A stretch of 64,000 nucleotides of DNA from Nostoc sp. DedSLP01 (lineage in GTDB: Bacteria; Cyanobacteriota; Cyanobacteriia; Cyanobacteriales; Nostocaceae), in the NCBI GenBank assembly GCA_034530875.2, contig JAVRCJ020000032.1, forward strand, positions 1-64,000. Reading direction: 5' to 3'. The notes below the pieces were generated by a model. It was not told where the DNA came from and did not search any database. It saw only the letters and a list, made by a program, of their open reading frames with translations. This document shows positions 42,146 through 53,302 of the stretch, one piece after another. Each line of letters begins with the position of its first letter. The stretch's first letter is position 1. The translations under genes and the position numbers were made by a program.

Positions 42146-42451
42146 GGAACTCCAAAAAATAAATTATCCCAATCCCAATTCCCAGACTTAATACAACTAT
42201 TCCCCCCCTGCTTACAGAGCAATGGGATATTTTTTAATTGGAAGTTCCTTAAATGGGGTATGGAGAGCATTGAATGTTGACTTTTGAGTGAGGAGTTAAG
42301 AGTTTTTATTCCCATTTCTTCATCTCTCCAATCCTCAGATATAAACATTTCTTGCAAAATTATTTTTGCAAGAGTGAGAAAAGGGAAAAGGTTAAAGACT
42401 AAAGGTTTTTTCTTACCCCTTACCCTTTTCCCCACTTTTGCAAGAAGTCTA
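42143..42451. repeat. Two MITE-like elements whose outer ends coincide with the stop codons of the convergent flanking genes
   Basis: tagggaactccaaaaaataaattatccc...gggatattttttaattggaagttcctta (42143-42251); tcttgcaaaa...ttttgcaagaagtcta (to 42451). Confidence 0.55.
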
Positions 42452-42961
42452 ATGCTTAATTTCCAAATTCAGGATATAACGTCCTAGTTGGATTTTTTCT
42501 GCCCACAATTCATATTCCAGGCGCAAATGCTCTGGTAAAGGATGCCCGTTGAGGGCTAGGCTACTAGTAAAGTTTCTTAAACGAATCGGATCCTTGGATT
42601 GCAACGACTCAGTTGGCAACCAATAACGGCTAATACCATAAACACCCTGTTCCCAGAAGTGGCGGTAACTAACTTGAGCGTTACCTTGCATAGTCATAAT
42701 TACTCGATATGGGGAAATCTCCAACCACAAAATTCTGGGACTGCTAGGCGCGTAAGCTTTCTTCTGGCTTTGAAGAGAAGTGTCTTCTGGACTAAGAACA
42801 CTCTCCACTTCGCAAGTAATTAGAGGCGGTGCGGTCAACAGCAAATGAAATCGATCGGTGTCTTTTTGATACAATGTGCCAGCAGTTTCGACAACAGACC
42901 AGATTGGTAGGTCAGTGGAAATAATTGATAAGCACACGGGCTTGCGATGATGGGTCAGCAT
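42449..42961 (-). CDS. Conserved-looking cyanobacterial hypothetical protein
   Basis: 170-aa ATG ORF preceded by a 670-bp non-coding region. Confidence 0.7.
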   Translation of the reverse strand: MLTHHRKPVCLSIISTDLPIWSVVETAGTLYQKDTDRFHLLLTAPPLITCEVESVLSPEDTSLQSQKKAYAPSSPRILWLEISPYRVIMTMQGNAQVSYRHFWEQGVYGISRYWLPTESLQSKDPIRLRNFTSSLALNGHPLPEHLRLEYELWAEKIQLGRYILNLEIKH

Positions 42962-43630
42962 GGGAGCGATAAGGGCTAAAAGCTATTGAACAAAATGAAA
43001 TGAACACTAGGAGTCTAATGGCCGGGGTAAGAAACTAAATAGTAAAACAGGCTTAATGTTAACTGAATTCGCTAATTAGCTAAACTACACAAATTGAGAT
43101 AGAAACAGGTAGGATGTTAGCTGAGACAGCAAAAACAGGGGTTTCTCTAGAGAGAGCTAATTTGTAATTAAAGCTTGTAAATATTTTAAAGCTATAGTCC
43201 CAAAACAGTAGGGGTCTTTAGTAGATGCAAAAAAACCTCCTTGGGGGGGACTTACTGGAGATTTGAGTAAGTTTCATACAGCAAAAACCGTAGGAGACAA
43301 GGAAGGAAGGAAATAATCAGCAGTGGCAAACTAACTCGCTGATGAACTTCTTGTGTATTCCAAAGCCAGTCTATCCTACCGTTAGCTTTTGTTATAACCG
43401 TAGAAATTCCAGAAAACTTTTCTCTTTAGTGTGGGGAGTGGTAACTGGGGACTGATACGATTTCACTTTAGAAATGATACGCACAGGGAGCAGAGGAAGC
43501 AGAGGAAGTGATTTGTATCAGTAATTTTGTCAATTGGTATGAGAGATAAGGAAACAAGAAGACAAGGGGAAAACTTGCAATAAATCTTTCTCCTTGTCCT
43601 CTTGCCTTTTTCACATCCCCAATTACCGTA

Positions 43631-45391
43631 CTAGAAAGTCAGACTGGTACGAAGTACGCCTATAACTGCTGTGTCATTGGCGCTCAATCCTTCGGGGTTG
43701 AATAGCCAAAATACGCCAGGGGTAATGCTGATATTGTCATTAACCCTGTAGTTAAAGAAAGTTTCTAAATGATAAGGCGTCGTGTCTTCAGGACGAACGG
43801 CAATTCCCCCGGTAGACTGTCGGTAAAGCGGCTGTCCGAAAATCACTGCGGCTGCGTTTCCTTTACCGAAGATGTCTTTGACATGCAACCCGGCTGACCA
43901 GCTACTAAACGTTGTAGAAGCATCTACATTTGACAAATTGGCGAAAAGCAAAGCACCCGATACTGAGAAAGATGTTTGAGGAGTAAATCGCCAGGTTGCT
44001 GTTGCACCAACAGAATCGACTTTAATTGGCTCATTAAGAATTGCTAATGTAGGGTCGCCGCCTACTTGTCCTAGCTGTGCTGCGTTGGGAGCAAACCGAA
44101 TCGAAGCAATATCTGCGCCACTTAAGCCTGTACCCAAAATGTTGATTTCGTGGTAACTATGTGCGTAGTTAATGCCAATATCAAGGTTTGAAACTGGTTT
44201 CAGGGTAAGTTGTGCCGCGATCGCTCCTGTGCCGTTAAAAAAACCTCCTCCCAAAGGTGTATTCAAAAGACCGAGGTTTTGTGGTAAAGATGATGAGCCA
44301 CTACCATAAATAACTCCAAGCCCTACTTGTTTTGAAGGATTCCACAAAAAACCCGCACCTGCCAGTAAACCGCTACCAGAAGTACCGCCGGTAATTCGTA
44401 CAGCAGCATTGTAGCCTGCAAATCGAGAAATTGCTCCTTGGCTTTCGCTGGCGTAAGGAGCGATCGCAGGAAACACATCTGTAATCTCTGCATTTGTGGC
44501 GGCAAAGACGGCAAATTGCTGGGAGAATGGGAAGACATACGCTAGTTTGTAAAGACTAACGGAATTGGCTCCAGCATCAGGTTGCAATGTCTGAGCGCTA
44601 AAACCAGGAAATTGCGGCTCAAAGCTTAATTTAGTGGAACCTGCGCCCAACAAACTGGAATTTGGCAATAATTGTCCTTGAATTGTTCCCCGACTATAAA
44701 ATGAATCGGTTGCTCTAAAGTTGTAAGCTTGGAGTCCAACAATTAATAAGTCGCTACCATTAAAACTACTGGTGAGATTTAGCCGGACACGATTATTAAA
44801 AACAACATTGGCATCTTCACTATTTGGTTCTCCACCTGTGGCTGCTGCTAAAGATAAAATCGCTTCACCATTGAGTTTAGTAGTAGTAGAAAATTGTTGT
44901 TTTTCTAGGATAGCTGTGCGACCTTCTAAGGCATCTACACGGCCGCGTAATGTTGCTAGTTCAGCTACAAATTCTTCTTGGAGTTTTTGGAGAGTTTCTA
45001 AGTCTTGTTTACTCACAAACTCACTCGTACTGGAAGCAATTCTTTCGTTGATTCTGTCTAAGCAAGCATTCAATCCCGCAGCAAATTCGTAACGAGTTAA
45101 TGCACGATTTCCTCTGTATGTACTGTCAGGATAGCCAGCAATGCAACCATAACGTTCCACTACAGATTGTAATGCTTGAAAAGCCCAGTCCGTTGGTCTA
45201 ACATCAGATAATTGAGATACAGAGTTGACCTGAGGAATCGTATCGCTATTTGGGGATTGGTTATTAATGCTAGAATTAGGCTGTGTCTCAGGAGGGTTAG
45301 CAACTGTAGGATATGCTCCCAGCGAAACTGAACCTGTAACTAAGAACAAAAAACTGATTTTTCCAATATCTCTTAATTGCTCGTGATTCAC
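43631..45391 (-). CDS. Cyanobacterial porin (SLH plus OprB-type barrel, 'iron uptake porin' family)
   Basis: LSDVRPTDWAFQALQSVVERYGCIAGYP, TRYEFAAGLNACL, QFSTTTKL, NISITPG, C-terminal Phe. Confidence 0.93.
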   Translation of the reverse strand: MNHEQLRDIGKISFLFLVTGSVSLGAYPTVANPPETQPNSSINNQSPNSDTIPQVNSVSQLSDVRPTDWAFQALQSVVERYGCIAGYPDSTYRGNRALTRYEFAAGLNACLDRINERIASSTSEFVSKQDLETLQKLQEEFVAELATLRGRVDALEGRTAILEKQQFSTTTKLNGEAILSLAAATGGEPNSEDANVVFNNRVRLNLTSSFNGSDLLIVGLQAYNFRATDSFYSRGTIQGQLLPNSSLLGAGSTKLSFEPQFPGFSAQTLQPDAGANSVSLYKLAYVFPFSQQFAVFAATNAEITDVFPAIAPYASESQGAISRFAGYNAAVRITGGTSGSGLLAGAGFLWNPSKQVGLGVIYGSGSSSLPQNLGLLNTPLGGGFFNGTGAIAAQLTLKPVSNLDIGINYAHSYHEINILGTGLSGADIASIRFAPNAAQLGQVGGDPTLAILNEPIKVDSVGATATWRFTPQTSFSVSGALLFANLSNVDASTTFSSWSAGLHVKDIFGKGNAAAVIFGQPLYRQSTGGIAVRPEDTTPYHLETFFNYRVNDNISITPGVFWLFNPEGLSANDTAVIGVLRTSLTF

Positions 45392-45932
45392 TTTTATTCC
45401 TCACACACAAATACAATATCTACTGAGTATTTAACTCCCAATAGGCTTTCTCAAATGTTTGAGCCAGTAGAGCGTTGTATTCATAAATTCAATTTGTTTG
45501 CTCTAAAATTGTCTTGGCAATTAATTCCCTACTGATTTGAGAACCCAATACACAAACGGAATGTGTATGAATAAAGTTTCTGCGTTAAAAGCTTGCCAGT
45601 TAAACATATCAATCCCTAGTGTTCAGAATTCCTCTGTACAGGATTGACACAATTAATAGGTAAACTAATACATTGGCTCATACAAATCTAAGTTGATATA
45701 AAGCTATAAAATCAATTCTCAACAATAAACTAGGAATCAGAAAACACCTAACTGCTTGGGGAAAATAATTTCATAACTCTATTTATCTACTTAGACGCTA
45801 TTGGTATGTCGTAGATTTCAGTATTTGTACTTTATCACGGCGGTTTCCGCAAAACCAAAGTTTTTTGGGATTTGCAACAGCCGGATAATATTAACTTATA
45901 GAGCAGGGGTCAAATATCAGAATAGCTTAGGA

Positions 45933-46223
45933 TTATTCAGCGTTGAGGATTTTTGGTACTTTGAAAAATTCGCCTTCCTGTTCGGGGGCACTGTTGAGGA
46001 TGCTTTCACGGTCAGGATAGGGTTGCAGTTCATCTTCTCGCGTTATATTACTAACATCTATTGCCCGTGTTGTGGGAGGCACATCGCTAACATCAAGTTC
46101 GTTGAGTTGTTCAATATAATCGAGGATGCCTCCCAATTGAGTAGTAAATTGTTGTTCTTCTTCTGGACTTAACTCTAAACGAGCAAGATTAGCTACTTTG
46201 TGAACTTGTTCTTGGTCAATCAT
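45933..46223 (-). CDS. gatC: Asp/Glu-tRNA amidotransferase subunit C
   Basis: [10 protein letters not shown]...NITRED...FFKVPKI. Confidence 0.96.
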   Translation of the reverse strand: MIDQEQVHKVANLARLELSPEEEQQFTTQLGGILDYIEQLNELDVSDVPPTTRAIDVSNITREDELQPYPDRESILNSAPEQEGEFFKVPKILNAE

Positions 46224-46235
46224 AAATTGTTAATT

Positions 46236-46337
46236 GGGCATGGGGCATGGGGCATTGATTATTAGTCATTTGTCTTTTGTCATTAGCCATTTGTCTTTTG
46301 CAAATCACCAATGACTAATGACTAATGACTAATGACT
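46236..46337. repeat. STRR heptamer arrays (ggggcat, tgactaa)
   Basis: Tandem 7-mers between ycf3 and gatC. Confidence 0.8.
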
Positions 46338-46857
46338 AGAAGAATACGTCAATTTGCGATCGCCCTGTGGTTTTCAACCAGTTTTGGGCTTCAATGTAGT
46401 TATTGGGAGCCATGCGAATAGCTCGAATCCAATAGTCTGCGGCTTGGTCAAACAGTGCTTCGCCACCGTCGTTATCTCCAGCTTCTTTTGCTTTTTCGCC
46501 TTGATAGTGATAAATCACGGCGATGTTGTTCAAAGCTTGGGGCATACGTGGGTTGATTTCAATTGCTTGGTGATACAGTTCTAAAGCCTTGTTGTGGTCG
46601 CCGTTGCTGGCATAAATTAGCCCCATATTGTAGAGAATATAGCCGCGATCGTTGGGGTCTTCCTCTAGTGTTAACGCTTCTTCATAGTATTCCAATGCTT
46701 CGGCATATTCTCCTTCTGCTTGGGCTGACATGCCATCTCGGTAATACACAAAAGCTTCTTTAGCTTTTTTGTTGGCTGGCAGAATCTTGAGAATGATATC
46801 TGCCATGACTGTAAAGGATTTGTCAATAAAGTTATCGTTTTTTTGCGTTCTTGGCAT
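46336..46857 (-). CDS. ycf3: Photosystem I assembly protein Ycf3
   Basis: [37 protein letters not shown]. Confidence 0.98.
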   Translation of the reverse strand: MPRTQKNDNFIDKSFTVMADIILKILPANKKAKEAFVYYRDGMSAQAEGEYAEALEYYEEALTLEEDPNDRGYILYNMGLIYASNGDHNKALELYHQAIEINPRMPQALNNIAVIYHYQGEKAKEAGDNDGGEALFDQAADYWIRAIRMAPNNYIEAQNWLKTTGRSQIDVFF

Positions 46858-46957
46858 AGTTATCTGTGGTTATTGGGGATTGGGGACTGGCGATTGGGTG
46901 TTAAGAAAACTCTTCTCTAGTCCATAGTATACAGTCCTACTCCCCAGTCCCCAGTCG

Positions 46958-47635
46958 CTAGTCCCTACTAATCGGTATGATGCATTCCGGGCTATTATGC
47001 CGAGAGTTGTTGACTAAGGTGCTAACTGGATAGGCTTTCATGGCTGGTGCTGGATAGGGGCGCAATAGCTGTTGTAAGGTTTGGGGCGTTTGCACTTGGG
47101 AATCTAGCCATAAATCGTAATCTTGCGACTCTAGAATCACTGGCATCCGTTCGTGGATAGGTTGGAGTAATTCGTTGGCTGCTGTTGTCAAAATTGTACA
47201 AGAAATTATTTCCTCGTTGTCAGGGGAGTGCCATCTCTCCCATAAACCTGCAAAGGCGAAGGGTTGCCCATCTTCAAGACGAAAATAAAACGGCTGCTTC
47301 TTGCCTTGTTGACGTTGCCATTCATAAAAACCATCAGCTAGCACTAAACAGCGTCGATGCTTAAATGCTGACCGAAAAGCGGGTTTTTCAGCGACAGTTT
47401 CCGCCCTAGCGTTGATTAATTTTGCTCCCATTCCTGGATCTTTCGCCCATGAGGGAATTAATCCCCAATGCAACTGCTGAAATTCACGCTTTTTGCTTTC
47501 TGTATTTTGTAATACTGTTGCAACTTTTTGCGTGGGTGCAATATTATATCCGGTTGCTAAATCGGGAATTTGTTGAACGTCGAAAATTGTAGCTAAAGTT
47601 TCTGCTGACTGGTTTAGAGTAAATCTTCCACACAT
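46958..47635 (-). CDS. SRAP/YedK (HMCES-like) abasic-site processing protein
   Basis: MCGRF start, YNIAP, WGLIP, INARAET, GFYEW, IHERMP. Confidence 0.95.
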   Translation of the reverse strand: MCGRFTLNQSAETLATIFDVQQIPDLATGYNIAPTQKVATVLQNTESKKREFQQLHWGLIPSWAKDPGMGAKLINARAETVAEKPAFRSAFKHRRCLVLADGFYEWQRQQGKKQPFYFRLEDGQPFAFAGLWERWHSPDNEEIISCTILTTAANELLQPIHERMPVILESQDYDLWLDSQVQTPQTLQQLLRPYPAPAMKAYPVSTLVNNSRHNSPECIIPISRD

Positions 47636-47832
47636 ACTTTTATTTCCGATCGCTGGCTAAATTAAACATCTCAATCTAGAAATAAATAAAAATTTTTTTA
47701 TTTTTTCGGAAAATTTTATCTAGGAATTGGAAGTTAAATATAAAAGAAAATATCCGGGTTTGGAAAAATATTTTGGTAGAATATTCTATTTTGAACCCTT
47801 AGCTATCGGTACATTACTTACCCTATTTTAGC

Positions 47833-48462
47833 ATGGAAATACCGCGTTTGTACGATTTTTTACCCTCTGGTAATGGTTACAAGATACGTCTTTTATTGAC
47901 ACAGCTAGGTATGCCTTTTGAGAGGGTAGAGGTTAATATCTTGAAAGGTGAGACTCGAACGCCAGAATTTTTAAGTAAAAATCCCAGTGGCAAGATCCCG
48001 ATTCTAGAAATAGAGCCGGGAAAATACTTAGGAGAATCAAATGCTATATTGGTTTACCTAAGTGAAGGTACAGAATTTTTACCCTACGATCGCTATTTGC
48101 GATCGCAAGTGTTGCAATGGCTATTTTTTGAACAGTCTAGCCATCAACCTTTTATTGCCAGATCGAGATTTTGGATTTCTATTTTAGGTAAAGCTGAAGA
48201 ATATAGCGAAGCTTTAAACGAAAACCGCGAACCAGGTTATGCTGCGCTAGAATTGATGGAAAAACACTTAAGCGATTGTACTTTTTTTGTAGGAGAGCGT
48301 TACACTATTGCTGATATTGCCTTGTTCGCTTATACTCATGTCGCTGAAGAAGGTGGTTTTGATTTAACACAATTTCCTGCTATCCAAGCTTGGATAGCAA
48401 AAGTCAAAGCTCAGTCTAGGTATATCAGCATCAACGACATACCAAAAGATATAGAATATTAG
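47833..48462 (+). CDS. Glutathione S-transferase family protein
   Basis: SGNGYK, NPSGKIP, ESNAIL, TIADIALFAY. Confidence 0.93.
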   Translation: MEIPRLYDFLPSGNGYKIRLLLTQLGMPFERVEVNILKGETRTPEFLSKNPSGKIPILEIEPGKYLGESNAILVYLSEGTEFLPYDRYLRSQVLQWLFFEQSSHQPFIARSRFWISILGKAEEYSEALNENREPGYAALELMEKHLSDCTFFVGERYTIADIALFAYTHVAEEGGFDLTQFPAIQAWIAKVKAQSRYISINDIPKDIEY

Positions 48463-48529
48463 TAATTCTATTCTACAAGCGTTTGCCTCTCAATTTCTTC
48501 TCGCATTAGCTGATACAAAAAATTACTTC

Positions 48530-48647
48530 AGGACTTCTATTTGATTTTTGAAAAAAAATCAGTACGCTTCAATTGCTTGATTCTCTGTTCCCTGTTAAGA
48601 CTTCCCTGCTAAGACAAGTAATTTATACGAATCAATCGGATTGCTAT
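48530..48647. repeat. MITE-like element (atttgatt...aatcaa family)
   Basis: Ends resemble those at 56438-56672 and 62438-62582. Confidence 0.5.
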
Positions 48648-48693
48648 TGAATTTTTACTAAGCAGTGGCTTGGTAAAGAAAAAATACTCAACG

Positions 48694-48921
48694 CTAAATA
48701 ACCGTGTCAATTTCAATCAGCTTTTGCCGAGAAGACAAACCAGACTTAATTTTGATATCAGATTTAGTTACATCAAATTTATCTGCTAAAAGTTTAATTA
48801 ATTCTTCATTCGCCTTACCATCAACTGGGAGCGATTTTAAATATACTATCAAGCTACCATCAGGCTGTTCTTCTATTTTTTGCTGTTTAGAGTTAGGTTT
48901 AACCTTGACTTTTTTTTGCAT
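48694..48921 (-). CDS. DUF167 (YggU-like) protein
   Basis: [25 protein letters not shown]. Confidence 0.9.
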   Translation of the reverse strand: MQKKVKVKPNSKQQKIEEQPDGSLIVYLKSLPVDGKANEELIKLLADKFDVTKSDIKIKSGLSSRQKLIEIDTVI

Positions 48922-49193
48922 AACCTATTTTGACTAATTGTTGCAGCCACAACCAACCTAAAATACAAAAATCATTAAACCACTTATAGCCAGGATAATT
49001 GTAATCCTTAAACAAAAAGCCCATCGGTACAACGATGAGCATAGAAAAAACAATATATATTGTTTGCTATTTCGTTCCAGCGCATTTCTTGAAACTTTAA
49101 AGGCTAAGTAAAATTTTAGCCTCCGCACAGTAGTTTGCTAATAATTCGTAATATTAAATTTTAATTACAAATTACGAATTACGAATTATTTGA

Positions 49194-49745
49194 TTATGGA
49201 TATCTCCGACTCCCGGCACCTACCACACCGATTTTGTGGCGATAGGAGAGTTCAGCACCGAACCAGCCAGAAGCGCTAGTTAAAGTACCAACAATCAGCG
49301 AGAGAAGCAATCCCCAAGGTAGTATTCGGGCTTCAGCATCGCCTAAGCGTAGGAGGAAGTTAAATAATGTTAAGACTAAGATAGAAACATTAAGTATCAA
49401 GTGCGCCCAACCAGCAGTACGTTTGCGGACTCGTTCGATTTTGAAAAAGTCACTCAGACCGATCGCAGCTGCAATTAAACCTCCACCTAACCCCAGTCCG
49501 ATTAACCATAGCGAAGCCCTAGCCCAGAAGAAATCGCGAGTTAACCAGTAACCGAAATCGCTTCCTAAGGCAGCGGCTAAGAAGGCGATAGGAAAGATTA
49601 CGCTTAAAGGATGCAGGGGATGTCCGGCGATCGCAACTGTGCTGGGTACGCCAGTATCCTGATACTCGCTATCGTTACTTTCAATAACTGGTGGAATATT
49701 TGGAAATGGTGTTGAACTTGTTTGGTTTCTTTCTGTAGTTTCCAT
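49194..49745 (-). CDS. DUF2231 membrane protein
   Basis: GHPLHP..VIFPI, WAH, GWFGAELSYRH. Confidence 0.85.
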   Translation of the reverse strand: METTERNQTSSTPFPNIPPVIESNDSEYQDTGVPSTVAIAGHPLHPLSVIFPIAFLAAALGSDFGYWLTRDFFWARASLWLIGLGLGGGLIAAAIGLSDFFKIERVRKRTAGWAHLILNVSILVLTLFNFLLRLGDAEARILPWGLLLSLIVGTLTSASGWFGAELSYRHKIGVVGAGSRRYP

Positions 49746-49911
49746 TATTTAGTATCCTCAGTTTATAAGTGTCTATGTTGTCAGCACTCAGAAGCCAGGA
49801 ATCATAATCGAGAATGATTAAAAACAAGCTTGCTATAGTTTGATAATTTGATTCAAACTATTAAACTTAGTTCTTCAAGTCCTCCTAAATTCTGAATCCT
49901 GACTCTATATT

Positions 49912-50652
49912 TTAAGCAGAAGGTATTTCTTCTATATAAGCTTGGGCTTGTAGAGTCAGCTTACCTTCTTCTACTTTTAGTTGTTTGACTTGCAGGTTTA
50001 GCCCCTTTAAATCAAAGTTACTTAAATTCAAGATTTCACTGGTTTGAGCTATCAAAGCTTTTGTCAACTCTGGCGATATTTCCTCACTTTTGCCATACTC
50101 AACATTTTCTAGAGAAACGCTTTTTTTATCGGCACCAACCCTGGGTATTGCTAAAAAAGCAACTTGCTGATTTTCGCCTGTTTCTGCTAATTTGACATTG
50201 GCATTTAGTGCAACTTTTCCATCTCCAGGTAGCCGAAAGTCTACATGTTGAGGTTCGATAGTCTTCTCTTGACCGTTAATGTGTATTTTTTGATTTTGTA
50301 ATTGCGATCGCACATATTCACTGTTGAAAGCGCGATTGATATCAGCTTCAGTTAAGACAACTCGCGTATCAGCTTCAGTAGGTTGTGTGAGTTCAATTTT
50401 GCCAAAAGCCACGCTCAGAGGATTGATGGCAACACCACTCATCTTCATTTCTAATTCTTCCATACGAAGGTCTTTCTGCATTACCAAACCTTCGCCTTCA
50501 ACCTTGACCTTATCTACCTGTCCTTGAACCAATTTCAGTGGATCTGTTTCGATATTTACATCTAAATTTTCTACTTCATCTAACTGGCTAGATAATCCTA
50601 TTTCTGCGGCTTTATTCAGCGCCTGTTCTCCTAATCCAGGATTCTCTGGCAT
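49912..50652 (-). CDS. DUF2993 (LmeA-like) protein
   Basis: DPLKLVQGQVDKV, VVLTEADINRAFNS. Confidence 0.8.
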   Translation of the reverse strand: MPENPGLGEQALNKAAEIGLSSQLDEVENLDVNIETDPLKLVQGQVDKVKVEGEGLVMQKDLRMEELEMKMSGVAINPLSVAFGKIELTQPTEADTRVVLTEADINRAFNSEYVRSQLQNQKIHINGQEKTIEPQHVDFRLPGDGKVALNANVKLAETGENQQVAFLAIPRVGADKKSVSLENVEYGKSEEISPELTKALIAQTSEILNLSNFDLKGLNLQVKQLKVEEGKLTLQAQAYIEEIPSA

Positions 50653-50855
50653 TGTTAAATTAACTCCTATTTGAATATCATATCCTGGAGTAAATTTAAT
50701 AAATTGTCATAAAAAATTTATCTATCTGGCGATGTAGTAAAGCTGGAAATGCTGTCTATCTAAAAGTATAACGATGAGTTTTTGAGATTTTTTTGTGTAT
50801 CTACCTTTTGAAGCCTTATTACATTACTATAATAAATGTCAAGAATTGATGATAT

Positions 50856-52187
50856 TTGATTCTTTCAGTTAGGAAATCAGCTGTGCTACCAAATAACCGT
50901 ACTCCCACAAATCAAACTCAACGCTGGAAGTTTTTACAACTTTTTGGGCTGATAAGACGTAATCCTCTTTTTATTTCACGGTGGGTTTTACGTTGGGTAG
51001 TGGTGGGAACTGTTTGTGGTCTATTTGCTGGTTTATACTGGAATGTTCTGGAAGCGATGACTCATCAACTAGCAAAATTTGAGGGTGTGAGTCTGCTAAT
51101 AGTGATGCCCATAGCTGGATTAATTGTTGGCTTGGTAATTCATTTTTTGGGCAATCCTGGGGAAATTGCTGTCATTGTCGATAACATTCATTTTCGTGGC
51201 GGACGTTTGGATGCGCGAAAAAACCCAGCGATGATTCTCGCTTCATTGGTTAGTATCGCTGCTGGGGGTAGTGCAGGGCCAGAAGCGCCATTAGTACAGG
51301 TTACAGGTTCTTTTGGTACGTGGATAGGCGATCGCCTCCATCTTGAAGGCGAAGACCTGAGATCTACGAGTTTAGCAGCAATGGCAGCCGGCTTTACTGC
51401 CTTGTTTGGCGCACCTTTGGGCGGGGCGATGTTTGCCTTAGAAATTCTCCACCATCAGCATATTGTCGAATACTACGAAGCTTTGATGCCAGCGATCGTT
51501 TCTAGCTGCGCTAGTTATTTAGTGTTTGCCTTCATCACCCATTTGGGAATTGCCCCCACCTGGCATTTTCCCCAATATAGATTAGAGAACATCGATGATT
51601 TTGCTTTGGCTATCTTGTTTGGAATCATCGGCGCTGTTGCAGGTTGGATTTTTATGGCCATTTTTCGCGGCTGTGACAGGCTGTGGGCGATGCTTCCCGG
51701 CCCCGTATATATACGTACTACATTAGCAGGATTAGGCTTGGGTATTTTAGCAGCCTGCTTACCTTTAACTCGCTATTTTGGACATGAAGAATTAGAATCA
51801 GTACTAACTACTAATTTTCCAGTTGTTTTTCTGTTAATTTTAGCCTTGGGTAAGATGGCAGCGATCGGCATCACAGTCACTGGTGGGTGGCGTGGTGGTT
51901 TCATTATTCCCTTATTTTTTACTGGTGCTTGTATTGGCAAAGCAGTTGCAATTTTAATTCCGGGTTTGCATCCTGCACTAGCTATGATTTGTACAATGGC
52001 AGCTATCAATGCAGCAGTGACGCGCACACCTATAAGTACAACTTTGTTGTTATCAAAGTTGACTAATTTTAGCCCGTTGACACCAATCCTGTTTGCTAGC
52101 TTGATTGGGTTTTTTCTCGCACCAAAAGTTCCTTTAATAGCTTCTCAACTCAAATCACAGCAATCTCTTGAGGAGATACAAAGTTAA
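50856..52187 (+). CDS. ClC-family chloride channel/transporter (no CBS domains)
   Basis: GGSAGPEAP, FGAPLGGAMFALE, GWRGGFIIP; start uncertain. Confidence 0.9.
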   Translation: MILSVRKSAVLPNNRTPTNQTQRWKFLQLFGLIRRNPLFISRWVLRWVVVGTVCGLFAGLYWNVLEAMTHQLAKFEGVSLLIVMPIAGLIVGLVIHFLGNPGEIAVIVDNIHFRGGRLDARKNPAMILASLVSIAAGGSAGPEAPLVQVTGSFGTWIGDRLHLEGEDLRSTSLAAMAAGFTALFGAPLGGAMFALEILHHQHIVEYYEALMPAIVSSCASYLVFAFITHLGIAPTWHFPQYRLENIDDFALAILFGIIGAVAGWIFMAIFRGCDRLWAMLPGPVYIRTTLAGLGLGILAACLPLTRYFGHEELESVLTTNFPVVFLLILALGKMAAIGITVTGGWRGGFIIPLFFTGACIGKAVAILIPGLHPALAMICTMAAINAAVTRTPISTTLLLSKLTNFSPLTPILFASLIGFFLAPKVPLIASQLKSQQSLEEIQS

Positions 52188-52285
52188 AATAGTCACTTTC
52201 TTTTTTATAAAAAATTAAGGCTGAAAAATGAGTTTTTTAGACTTCATTCTTCACGCCTCTGACAATAATGACGATATTTTATTAC

Positions 52286-53302
52286 CTAACGAAACATGCT
52301 ACTGACTGAAGTATCTTCATGAATTCGCCAGATAGTTTCTCCCAAGAGATTAGCCACTGACAGTACCACTAGTTGAGGAAAGCGATTTTCTTCTGATATA
52401 GGAATGGTGTTTGTGACAATGACTTCCTCAAATAAGCCACTGGATAACCGTTCCATAGCAGGTGGAGAGAACACTGCATGAGTTGCACAGGCGTATACTT
52501 GACGCGCTCCTTCTTCACGCAGCAGTCGCGCTCCTTCAGCGATCGTACCACCGGTATCGATCATGTCATCCACCAAGACTGCGGTTTTGCCTTTGACATC
52601 GCCGATCACATTTAAGACTTCTGCAACATTGTGTGCTTGACGACGTTTGTCGATAATTGCTAGTGGAGCATCGTTTAGTTTTTTGGCAAATGCTCTAGCT
52701 CGTGCAACACCACCAACATCTGGAGAAACAACTACAAGGTCGCTCAGTTCTTTGCTTGTCAGATAATCCAATAATACTGGCGAACCATAAACATGATCGA
52801 AGGGTATATCGAAATAGCCCTGAATTTGAGCCGAGTGCAAATCCATTGCTAGAACGCGGTTGGCACCTGCTTCTGCGATCAAGTTAGCAACCAATTTGGC
52901 GGTTATTGATTCTCGTCCTGCGGTTTTACGATCGGCTCGGGCGTAGCCATAGTAAGGAATTACAGCCGTCACCTGTCGCGCAGAAGCTCGACGACAGGCG
53001 TCGATCATAATCAATAATTCCATCAAATGATCGTTGACGGGTTGACAGCATGGCTGGATTAAATAGACATCACAACCCCGAATCGATTCTTGGATTTGAA
53101 CGTAAAGTTCTCCATCCGCAAATCTTTTGCGGATCATTGGTCCCAAATCCATACCCAGGTAACGAGCGACTTCTTGAGACAGTTGTAAATTGGCAGAGCC
53201 AGAAAACAGCCGCAGGCGATGATTCTCAGTCAGCCTTGCTGCGGATGCTTCCACTTTGAAAGTTGCAGAACTGAGCACAGCAGATCCTCGATGTGCATTC
53301 AT
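52286..53302 (-). CDS. prs: Ribose-phosphate pyrophosphokinase
   Basis: RFADGE, PYYGYARADRK, DLHSAQIQGYF, VSPDVGG, VDDMIDTGGT. Confidence 0.97.
   Translation of the reverse strand: MNAHRGSAVLSSATFKVEASAARLTENHRLRLFSGSANLQLSQEVARYLGMDLGPMIRKRFADGELYVQIQESIRGCDVYLIQPCCQPVNDHLMELLIMIDACRRASARQVTAVIPYYGYARADRKTAGRESITAKLVANLIAEAGANRVLAMDLHSAQIQGYFDIPFDHVYGSPVLLDYLTSKELSDLVVVSPDVGGVARARAFAKKLNDAPLAIIDKRRQAHNVAEVLNVIGDVKGKTAVLVDDMIDTGGTIAEGARLLREEGARQVYACATHAVFSPPAMERLSSGLFEEVIVTNTIPISEENRFPQLVVLSVANLLGETIWRIHEDTSVSSMFR

Noticed and set aside
42142..42487. 97-aa and 67-aa ORFs between convergent genes
   Set aside because: They are translations of MITE/STRR sequence
43321..43390. Possible c-di-GMP-I riboswitch (ggcaaac...caaagcc)
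   Set aside because: The GNRA-capped hairpin and downstream stem required between these words are missing
45801..46172. 123-aa plus-strand ORF
   Set aside because: Overlaps gatC antisense and has no motif
50856..52187. Fluoride-specific CLC-F call
   Set aside because: Lacks the GNNLI/GREGT signature (has GPEAP) and no fluoride riboswitch was recognised
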